Shown: in pieces, positions 44,259 to 51,377 of the stretch
Position numbering within the stretch: the first letter of the stretch is position 1
How the letters are laid out: each line of letters begins with the position of its first letter
From: an uncultured Staphylococcaceae bacterium
GTDB lineage: Bacteria; Bacillota_I; Bacilli_A; RFN20; CAG-826
Assembly (NCBI GenBank): GCA_964606005.1
Contig: CAZSEU010000004.1
Coordinates: 1 to 51,377 of the forward strand
Length of the DNA stretch: 51,377 bases
Reading direction: 5' to 3'
Made by a program: the position numbers and the translations under genes
The notes under the pieces: generated by a model
Databases searched by the model: none
What the model was told of the DNA's origin: nothing
Seen by the model: only the letters and a program-made list of their open reading frames with translations

Positions 44259-46241
44259 ATGGATACATCTCACAAATTTGAAATAATTTCAAATTTCAAG
44301 CCTACGGGCGACCAACCAAAAGCTATTGAAAAGCTGGCAAGTGGCATTTTAAGTGGAGATCGCTTTCAAGTGCTTTTAGGGGCGACTGGTACGGGCAAAA
44401 CTTTCACCATGGCGAACATTATTCAAAAGATCCAGAAACCTGTATTAGTGCTCGTCCATAATAAAACTTTAGCGGGCCAATTATATTCGGAATTTAAAGA
44501 ATTATTTCCTAATAATAGAGTCGAATATTTTGTCTCTAATTTCGATTTTTATCAACCAGAAGCGTATATCCCAAAAAGTGACACTTATATTGATAAAAAT
44601 GCTGTTATGAACGAAGAAATAGAGATGCTTCGCACCTCAGCAATTAATTCTGTTTTGGAAAGAAGGGATACAATTGTCGTTGCCTCTGTTGCGTCAATTT
44701 ATGGATTAACTGATCCTGATGAATATCGTAATTTAGTATTTAATGTTCGCGTTGGCGAAACAATAAATAGAAAAGATTTTTATCTTAAATTAATTGATGC
44801 GCAATATAAAAGAAATAATCTGGATTTAGCACCCGGCAGTTTTAGAGTAAGGGGTGACATTATTGAAATTGTTCCTCCGGCTTTTTTTGATAATGATGTG
44901 CTAAGAATTGATACTTTTGGTGACGAGGTGGAAAAAATCGTTCACATTAACGCGATAACTGGTGAAATAAAGCACACGTATCACACTTTTCCAATTTTCC
45001 CTGCTTATGATCATGCTTCCACACGCGAAAGAACCAAACAAGCTTGTGAAACTATAAAAATTGAGCTCGAAGAAAGACTTAGATTTTTAAAAGAAAATGA
45101 TAAATTACTAGAAGCCGAAAGACTACAAATGCGCACCAATCAAGATATTGAAAGTTTATTAGAATTTGGCATGTGCCCCGGAATTGAAAATTACTCGAGA
45201 CACATTGATAAACGTCAACCTGGAGAAAGACCATGGTGTTTATTGGATTATTTCCCCAAGAACGATTTTCTATTAATCGTTGATGAATCCCATGCTACAT
45301 TTCCACAAATTAGGGGGATGTATAATGGCGATAGGGCAAGAAAAACAACTCTTGTAGAATATGGTTTTAGACTGCCTTCTGCTTTAGATAATCGCCCATT
45401 GAATTTTGCAGAATTTGAAACTGTTATGCCATATGTTTTGTGCACTAGCGCGACTCCTGGCGATTACGAACTAGGAAAAATCGGACAAGTGTCTGCCGAA
45501 CAAATTATTCGACCAACCGGTCTGCTTGATCCTCAAATTGAAGTTAGAAGAACACTCGGTCAGGTTGATGATTTGGTATCAGAAATCAAAAAACGCATCG
45601 CCCGCAATGAAAAAACAATGGTCGTTACTTTGACTATTAGAATGGCGGAAGATCTCACTTCATTCTTAAAAGATAAGGGTATAAAAACTGTTTATTTGCA
45701 TCATGAAACCAAAACATTGGAGCGTAGTGAAATAATTTATCAACTAAGAAAAGGTAAATATGACGTGTTAGTTGGTATTAACCTACTGAGAGAAGGTTTG
45801 GATATTCCTGAAGTTTCTTTAATTGCGATTTTTGATGCTGATAAGGAAGGTTTCTTAAGGAGCAAACGCTCATTAATTCAAATTACTGGTCGAGCGGCGA
45901 GAAATGCTAATGGTCTAGTCGTCATGTATGCTGATAAAATGACTGATTCTATGCGTGCTTGTATTGAAGAAACCGATCGTCGACGTAATATTCAAGAAGC
46001 ATATAATATTGAAAACGGAATTATCCCTCGCACCATCATTAAAGAAGTGCGCCCACCGATTCACAACAGTGACGATGAGATTAGCGATATGGTTAATATA
46101 ACCAAACATGGGAGTCGCGCTCAAATCGAGGCTAAGATTAAAGAACTGGAAAAACAAATGCGCCAAGCTGCTAAAGAGTTTGACTTTGAAAGAGCGGCAG
46201 AACTACGCGATATTGTCCTTGAAATGAAGGCCGCTCTATAA
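44259..46241 (+). CDS. uvrB: Excinuclease ABC subunit B
   Basis: 660 aa with the Walker A GATGTGKTF, the DESH box (VDESHAT), helicase motif VI and the C-terminal UVR domain (FDFERAAELRD). Confidence 0.95.
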   Translation: MDTSHKFEIISNFKPTGDQPKAIEKLASGILSGDRFQVLLGATGTGKTFTMANIIQKIQKPVLVLVHNKTLAGQLYSEFKELFPNNRVEYFVSNFDFYQPEAYIPKSDTYIDKNAVMNEEIEMLRTSAINSVLERRDTIVVASVASIYGLTDPDEYRNLVFNVRVGETINRKDFYLKLIDAQYKRNNLDLAPGSFRVRGDIIEIVPPAFFDNDVLRIDTFGDEVEKIVHINAITGEIKHTYHTFPIFPAYDHASTRERTKQACETIKIELEERLRFLKENDKLLEAERLQMRTNQDIESLLEFGMCPGIENYSRHIDKRQPGERPWCLLDYFPKNDFLLIVDESHATFPQIRGMYNGDRARKTTLVEYGFRLPSALDNRPLNFAEFETVMPYVLCTSATPGDYELGKIGQVSAEQIIRPTGLLDPQIEVRRTLGQVDDLVSEIKKRIARNEKTMVVTLTIRMAEDLTSFLKDKGIKTVYLHHETKTLERSEIIYQLRKGKYDVLVGINLLREGLDIPEVSLIAIFDADKEGFLRSKRSLIQITGRAARNANGLVVMYADKMTDSMRACIEETDRRRNIQEAYNIENGIIPRTIIKEVRPPIHNSDDEISDMVNITKHGSRAQIEAKIKELEKQMRQAAKEFDFERAAELRDIVLEMKAAL

Positions 46242-46310
46242 AAATTATTGCGTTATCGCTGCCATTCTAATATTATTTATTAGCAGCGACTAAGAAAGGG
46301 AGAGTAAGTT

Positions 46311-46547
46311 ATGTTAAATTGGTATGACTGGATTATGTTAGCTGTTGCTATCATCATCATTATCTTATGTTTGCTTCAAGGCGGTAAATCAGAAGGTGCT
46401 TCCGGCGCTATTACTGGTGGCGGTTTAAATATTTTCGTTAAGACCAAAGAAAGAGGCGCTGAAAAAGTAATTTCAATTCTCACTCTTGTTTGCGCTATAA
46501 TTTTCTTCTTCGTCGCCATTTTAATTGAGATTTACGCTCATATCTAA
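46311..46547 (+). CDS. secG: Preprotein translocase subunit SecG
   Basis: 78 aa with two TM helices flanking a Gly-rich loop (LLQGGKSEGASGAITGGG). The SD is GGGAGAG. Confidence 0.75.
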   Translation: MLNWYDWIMLAVAIIIIILCLLQGGKSEGASGAITGGGLNIFVKTKERGAEKVISILTLVCAIIFFFVAILIEIYAHI

Positions 46548-46570
46548 TATTGGCAACTAGCAAAACAATC

Positions 46571-46600
46571 AAAAAAGGACATTGAACGATGTCCTTTTTT
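46571..46600. terminator. Bidirectional terminator between secG and the convergent membrane-protein gene
   Basis: AAAAAAGGACAT-N6-ATGTCCTTTTTT is perfectly symmetric, with an A-run and a T-run. Confidence 0.7.
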
Positions 46601-46615
46601 AGTGATTATTTATTA

Positions 46616-47362
46616 CTATTTTTTTTCAAGAGCTTTTGTTTCGGTGAAATCAAGTTCTTTTATTTCTGGTTCTTCTGGAACTTCTTCGGCTTTTACCTCA
46701 GCAACAACTGCATCTTTTTGAGGTTCCTTTTTAGCAGGAGCTTTCTTTTCCTTCTTTTTAGCAGAAACGCCAGTTTTGTCGATTGGAGCCTTTTTAACAG
46801 AGCCGACCATTTGAATAATACCAATTACTAATTGATAAATACCAGCGGCAACAAGCAAGACACCAGCGAGAATTGAGAAGCTTTTTTCAATAATATCGCG
46901 GAAAGAAACAGGTAGTAACGCTAAGATGCCGATAGCAATAAAAATAGCGGAAACGATATATGTGATTATGATTGGAGCAAGTTTTGAACGATCAATCACT
47001 GTTAACACAATTGCCTTAATAAGCTCGATGCCGCCAACGACAATAAAGAATATAGCAAGCAATTTAACTATGTAATCTAGTAAAACAATTTCTTTTGTTA
47101 AAAGGAAAATGCCTAAAGCAACAGAGGCAGATCCATACAATAAACCATTGGTAAATACTTTCTTTGGTTCAAAGACGAACGCAGCCACAATTGCAAATAT
47201 ACCGAATAAGAACAAAATTACTGTTGCAATGATGTTTAAAGCGATTTCGAGAATGCCTTCTTCGCCTGTGGCGACAAAAACGATTATGAGCGCCCCGCCA
47301 AAGAGCAAGAGAATGGAGAGAATTAATTGGAGCCAAATGTATTTGCCGAATAAACTTTTCAT
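46616..47362 (-). CDS. HdeD/DUF308-like multi-pass membrane protein with a charged C-terminal tail
   Basis: 248 aa with about 6 evenly spaced TM helices and a ~60-aa Lys/Glu/Pro-rich tail. The SD is GGGAGGAA. The family call is tentative. Confidence 0.5.
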   Translation of the reverse strand: MKSLFGKYIWLQLILSILLLFGGALIIVFVATGEEGILEIALNIIATVILFLFGIFAIVAAFVFEPKKVFTNGLLYGSASVALGIFLLTKEIVLLDYIVKLLAIFFIVVGGIELIKAIVLTVIDRSKLAPIIITYIVSAIFIAIGILALLPVSFRDIIEKSFSILAGVLLVAAGIYQLVIGIIQMVGSVKKAPIDKTGVSAKKKEKKAPAKKEPQKDAVVAEVKAEEVPEEPEIKELDFTETKALEKK

Positions 47363-47421
47363 GTGGATTTCCTCCCTAAATATTATTATATTAGTTTCGG
47401 AAGGAAAATATTACAAATATT

Positions 47422-48648
47422 ATGGAAGAAAAATTATTAAGAGACTATGCGCGTTTAATCGCGGTTCAGGGCGGGCATATTGTTAAAGGTGACGAGGTGT
47501 GGATTAACGCCGGATTAGACCAGCCTGAATTTGTTACATTAGTCGTTGAAGAATGTTATAAAGCTGGTGCCAAAAGTGTGACAGTTTATTGGCACCATGA
47601 CCCAATCAACAAGTTTGGTTATAAATACGAAAGTGTATCAACTTTAGGTAAAGTTAGTCCAATGATGATAACTAAGTACAAATATTGGGTGAAAAAACTA
47701 CCAACTGTATTGCATATTATTTCTGATGACCCAGATGCAATGAAAGGCGTAAACCAAGCAAAAGTGGCGAAAATTCAAGCCAAACGTTATCCACAAATTA
47801 AGAAATATCGTAATGCTTTTGATGGCAAATACAAATGGTGTATTGCAGCAGTACCAGGAAAAGCTTGGGCGAAAAAGGTTTTTCCCAAATTGGACGAAAC
47901 AGCAGCAGTTGAAGCTTTATGGGCAGCAATTTTAAAAACATCACGCGTTGATGGAAATGATCCAGTCAAGAACTGGGACGACCATAATTCTTTCTTAGTT
48001 AAACAAAAAGAAAAATTAGAAAGTTTGAATTTAAAAGAGCTTCATTATAAATCAGCAAACGGCACTGATTTCTCTGTTGAATTAATCGATGGTATGCCGT
48101 GGGGTGCCGGTATTGAATACGCACCAAATAAGGGCCAATTCAACCCAAACATTCCAACTGAAGAAGTGTTCACTACACCAATGAAAGGCAAAGCAGAAGG
48201 CACATTAGTGGCCTCCAAACCTCTTTCTTATAATGGTGAACTAATTGAAGATTTCTCGGTTACTTTTAAAGATGGTAAAGTCGTTGAAGTCAAAGCAAGA
48301 AAGAAGCAAGAGTTATTAGAAAAACTTGTCAGCATGGATGCGGGCGCAGGAATGCTTGGAGAAGTCGCTATTGTTCCATTTGAATCTCCAATTAACCAAA
48401 CAGGCATTTTGTTTTATAACACCTTGTTCGATGAAAATGCTTGCTGTCATTTCGCTTTAGGTTTTGGATTTCCTGAATTATATCCAGGTGCATTGGAAAT
48501 GAATATGGAACAAAGAGCGGCACTTGGTATTAACGACTCTATGATCCACGTTGACTTTATGGTTGGTACGGCCGATTTATCAATTGTTGGTGTAACAAAA
48601 AATGGAGAAAAAATTCACATATTTAAAGACGGTACTTGGGCCATATAA
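47422..48648 (+). CDS. Aminopeptidase, M29 family (AmpS/PepS-like)
   Basis: 408 aa. The N-terminal LLRDYARLIAVQGGHIVKGDEV and the C-terminal blocks EEVFTTP, FDENACCHFALG and HVDFM are typical of thermophilic-metalloprotease M29 enzymes. Confidence 0.85.
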   Translation: MEEKLLRDYARLIAVQGGHIVKGDEVWINAGLDQPEFVTLVVEECYKAGAKSVTVYWHHDPINKFGYKYESVSTLGKVSPMMITKYKYWVKKLPTVLHIISDDPDAMKGVNQAKVAKIQAKRYPQIKKYRNAFDGKYKWCIAAVPGKAWAKKVFPKLDETAAVEALWAAILKTSRVDGNDPVKNWDDHNSFLVKQKEKLESLNLKELHYKSANGTDFSVELIDGMPWGAGIEYAPNKGQFNPNIPTEEVFTTPMKGKAEGTLVASKPLSYNGELIEDFSVTFKDGKVVEVKARKKQELLEKLVSMDAGAGMLGEVAIVPFESPINQTGILFYNTLFDENACCHFALGFGFPELYPGALEMNMEQRAALGINDSMIHVDFMVGTADLSIVGVTKNGEKIHIFKDGTWAI

Positions 48649-48667
48649 TAAATAATAAATTATTGAA

Positions 48668-48979
48668 TTAATTCTCTATTAAATTAATAATTTCATGCAT
48701 TAAAATTGTCTTCCGATTTGCGAGGACAATTTTTTTGTTTATTGGGTCAATTTTACTTATAATTGCCACCACGGTATTGACTTTTTCTTCTCTCCAATAG
48801 TATATAGTCAATTCTTGTCCTTGATATTTTGTAAGAATATTATTAATTATTTCAGCTTCGTCTGAAGATATAATTGGCCTACTAATTTTTTGGTTTTTTT
48901 CATGTAATTTTTTTAAATAATTATCCTGTTCATTTAACGATTTAAAAGGAGCCCATTTTTTCATTCCGCGTTCACTCAT
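48668..48979 (-). CDS. YolD-like protein
   Basis: 103 aa with the N-terminal RGMKKWAPF and the C-terminal pattern KIDPINKKIVL...ILMHEIINL, resembling Bacillus YolD/YozL. Its start overlaps the polymerase stop by 4 nt. Confidence 0.65.
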   Translation of the reverse strand: MSERGMKKWAPFKSLNEQDNYLKKLHEKNQKISRPIISSDEAEIINNILTKYQGQELTIYYWREEKVNTVVAIISKIDPINKKIVLANRKTILMHEIINLIEN

Positions 48980-50220
48980 TTGCGATGTCCTCCGATGTAT
49001 TTATTACGTTCTCTAACAGTGCTTTCTTTTAGTAAAGAGGAGCCACGTAGCACCGCATTTTTACCAAATTTTCTTTGTAACATGTCGACTGTTTTTTGTA
49101 AATCACGTCTACGTACCTGCTCTTTGTCATCTTCAAAAAGATTCAATTGTTGGTGAGAAGCCACAGATAATTGACCAAAAGAGATACCGATACGTCTAAT
49201 TGGCAAGTCTTTTGCATGGTGCTCATATAATTCCATAAGTACATTTAATAATACTTCACTATCATCAGTTGGAGAAAGCAAAGTAGTGCGTCTAGCAAAC
49301 CCTCCGAGATTTTTGGAATAACCGATGTAAAGCGATACCACACCAGCCATTTTCCCGTCTGCTCGCATTCTTGAGGCTAAAGCATCAGCCATTTCTCGTA
49401 TTATGGTCGTTGTCTCGCCTTTTTCATAGTCTCTAAATAACACTTGCCCTAAAGAAAAGCTCTTTTCGGTTGGTTCATATGTTTCATGAATATCGGCCTC
49501 ATCGATACCATTTGCGTGCCGCCAAAGTTGTTCGCCAATAATACCAAATTTTGTTTTTAAGAAATTGATATCAGAAACAGCGATATCACGTAAGCAAAAC
49601 ATGCCGAGAGCATTCAACTTTGTTTCTGTTCTAGAACCAATGCCCCATACTTTGCTTAAAGGAGTGATTGGCCAAAGCTTTTCTTTTATCTCTTCGCTAG
49701 TCACTCTTGCAATGCCGTTTTTTTCGCTTTTTGCGTATATATCAAGAGCGATTTTGGCGAGAAAAAAGTTATCGCCAATACCGGCGGTAGCTTGTAGACC
49801 AGTGTCTTCTTTGATTTGATTAATAATCGCCGTAACCATTTGCAGAGGTGTCTTGTTATAGTATGAAAGATAAGTAGTTAAATCGACAAACGCCTCATCA
49901 ATGGAATATACATGAACATCTTCTTCTGAAACAAATTGATATAAGACATTAATAACATCGGCGCTTTTTTCCAAATATCTTTCCATACGTGGTACTGCAT
50001 ATATATAATCGAATTTTTTTGGCAACTCTTTAATGCGACAGCGCGATGGTATTCCTTGTTTTTTAAGAAAAGGCGAAACACTTAAAACAATCGTATTAGT
50101 GCCACGCTCCTTATCAGCGACGACTAGTGGAGATTTCCAAGGGTCTAGGCCGCGGTCGAGACATTCTACATATGAATAAAAAGCTTTTAAGTCAATAACA
50201 GCAATTGTTCGCTTACTCAT
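48976..50220 (-). CDS. Y-family (translesion) DNA polymerase, UvrX/YqjW-like
   Basis: It has IAVIDLKAFYSYVECLDRGLDP, SIDEAFVDLT, the little-finger region and an HhH (VWGIGSRT). The start is placed at Met27 of the ORF-track protein (MSKRTIAV). The upstream extension has no support. Confidence 0.85.
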   Translation of the reverse strand: MSKRTIAVIDLKAFYSYVECLDRGLDPWKSPLVVADKERGTNTIVLSVSPFLKKQGIPSRCRIKELPKKFDYIYAVPRMERYLEKSADVINVLYQFVSEEDVHVYSIDEAFVDLTTYLSYYNKTPLQMVTAIINQIKEDTGLQATAGIGDNFFLAKIALDIYAKSEKNGIARVTSEEIKEKLWPITPLSKVWGIGSRTETKLNALGMFCLRDIAVSDINFLKTKFGIIGEQLWRHANGIDEADIHETYEPTEKSFSLGQVLFRDYEKGETTTIIREMADALASRMRADGKMAGVVSLYIGYSKNLGGFARRTTLLSPTDDSEVLLNVLMELYEHHAKDLPIRRIGISFGQLSVASHQQLNLFEDDKEQVRRRDLQKTVDMLQRKFGKNAVLRGSSLLKESTVRERNKYIGGHRK

Positions 50221-50361
50221 GGTAATTGTATTATACAAAAGAAAATTGTTCCTTTTCAGTCTTGACAGTGATTTTTTAAATTTATTTTTTAGGCGCACTA
50301 ATGTGCCTTAAACTTGTATATTCGTGCTCGCGACACGATAATAGTAGAGGAGGCAGTAATT

Positions 50362-51377
50362 ATGCAAGAAGCAATCCTAACAATTTTAATCGTCCTATCA
50401 GTTTTATTTTTAGCCGCATTGGTGGCTGGTGTATTTTTTATCGTCAAGTATTCGAAAAAACCAGCAACTGCTTCGTCTGAACAATTAAAAGAAATCGGCG
50501 CCTTACAGCAACAAATTGGTTCTGTAACTGAGCAAATAAAAACAAATCTCAAATTATCGGTAGCCGAAGAGATGAACCGAGTAATTGAACAAAGTGGCAA
50601 AGCTAGCGAAACAAATAACGAGAAGTTAGAGCGCTTCCAAAAGAATATTACCGAATCTTTGAGTAATCGATTTGATGCTTTGAACAAGCAGATCGATGAC
50701 AAATTAATAGAAATTAACAAAAGAGTCGACGAAAGATTGTCTGAAGGCTTTAAGAATACAAGCGAAACAATGACTCAAGTTCGTGAAAGACTGCAAGCAA
50801 TTGATGCCGCTCAACAAAACATTGAAAAACTTTCAAAAGATGTTGTGTCTTTAAGAAGTGTTTTAGAAGGCAACCAAAGTCGTGGACAATTTGGCGAATA
50901 TCAACTATCGATGGTACTTCATAACGTTTTTGGTGATACAACCGGCTGTTATGAAGAGCAATATACTTTAAAAAAAGCAAGAGATGGCAATGATGTTCGT
51001 GCCGATGCGGTTGTTTTTATGCCAGAACCAAAGAAAATGATTTGCATTGACTCTAAGTTCCCATTCCAAGACTATCAACGTATTTCTGATACCGATGATA
51101 ATGACGAAAAAGCCAAATTAACCAAAGAATTTGGTGCTGCGGTTAAAAAACACATTACTGCAATCAAAGATAAATACATTATCGCTGGAAAAACAGCGCC
51201 AGAAGCGCTAATGTTTATTCCTAATGATGGCGTGTTCGCCTTTATTCACCACAACTTAGAAGATGTGGTTGACTATTCTCGTAGCCAAAAAGTCATCATT
51301 ACAAGTCCATCGACCCTGCCCGCTATTTTGGTCACTATTAATATGGTTAGAATCGAAGTCGAAAGAAGTAAAAACGC
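50362..51377 (+). CDS. rmuC: DNA recombination protein RmuC (5' part; continues beyond the window)
   Basis: It is open from ATG 50362 (SD AGAGGAGG) to the window end and is not in the ORF track. It has an N-terminal TM, a coiled coil, then the RmuC blocks SRGQFGEYQL, DAVVFMPE, CIDSKFP and MFIPNDGVF. Confidence 0.8.
   Translation, partial: MQEAILTILIVLSVLFLAALVAGVFFIVKYSKKPATASSEQLKEIGALQQQIGSVTEQIKTNLKLSVAEEMNRVIEQSGKASETNNEKLERFQKNITESLSNRFDALNKQIDDKLIEINKRVDERLSEGFKNTSETMTQVRERLQAIDAAQQNIEKLSKDVVSLRSVLEGNQSRGQFGEYQLSMVLHNVFGDTTGCYEEQYTLKKARDGNDVRADAVVFMPEPKKMICIDSKFPFQDYQRISDTDDNDEKAKLTKEFGAAVKKHITAIKDKYIIAGKTAPEALMFIPNDGVFAFIHHNLEDVVDYSRSQKVIITSPSTLPAILVTINMVRIEVERSKN

Noticed and set aside
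50240-50251. Possible LexA (Cheo) box upstream of the Y-family polymerase
   Set aside because: Only one half site (GAAC) matches. The second half reads TTCT instead of GTTC, so this is not sufficient to call an SOS operator.
50298-50720. 140-aa minus-strand ORF listed in the ORF track
   Set aside because: It lies antisense to a much better plus-strand reading frame. That frame (rmuC, ATG 50362 with SD AGAGGAGG) is open to the window end and has clear RmuC motifs. The minus ORF has no SD and a low-complexity, Cys/Ser/Ile-rich composition typical of antisense frames.
1-51377. Whole-window search for CRISPR arrays, IS elements or transposases, integrases, phage genes, toxin-antitoxin pairs, restriction-modification genes or known defence genes
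   Set aside because: None was found. Every ORF over 100 aa is accounted for by a housekeeping or metabolic family or by the few uncharacterised membrane and PII genes. The only repeated units seen are the 18-nt coding repeats at 37830-37949 and the two CIRCE-like elements.

Overview
This 51.4-kb window is a low-GC (roughly 35-38% by eye), densely coding chromosomal region from a Firmicutes/Mollicutes-type bacterium. It uses the standard code: TGA is a stop, and an RF2 gene with the classical TGA-dependent +1 frameshift is present. About 50 genes are supported and nearly all are core functions. They include a pckA-oadA-oadG-BCCP-oadB operon followed by birA, a thyA-folA-asnA operon, and an hsp20-htpG operon behind CIRCE-like operators. 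A GH3 glycosidase, ppdK, an FGGY kinase, degV and two RluA-family pseudouridine synthases follow. The centre of the window holds typA and a very large YfhO-type membrane protein. The conserved dnaX-ybaB-recR-tmk-holB-ricT-rsmI block comes next, then prfA-prmC, rpiB and a lipoprotein mutarotase. The right end carries comFA-comFC-secA-prfB-uvrB-secG, an M29 aminopeptidase, a yolD/Y-family polymerase pair and a 5' partial rmuC. I found no rRNA, tRNA, CRISPR array, transposase, integrase or obvious prophage or defence island. The best candidate for an undescribed system is at 21.7-24.1 kb. There an internally duplicated polytopic membrane protein (DUF1538-like) is tightly coupled to two divergent PII-fold signalling proteins, with no nitrogen-assimilation genes nearby. 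The second candidate is the translational coupling of ATP-PEP carboxykinase to a Na+-pumping oxaloacetate decarboxylase. That arrangement implies a PEP-to-pyruvate route yielding both ATP and a sodium gradient. Smaller observations include a CIRCE-controlled hsp20-htpG operon, apparently leaderless genes, a surface-anchored mutarotase, an unannotated 50-codon ORF and a yolD-polY cassette with no clear LexA box. All functional calls rest on motif and family recognition by eye. No database search was run.
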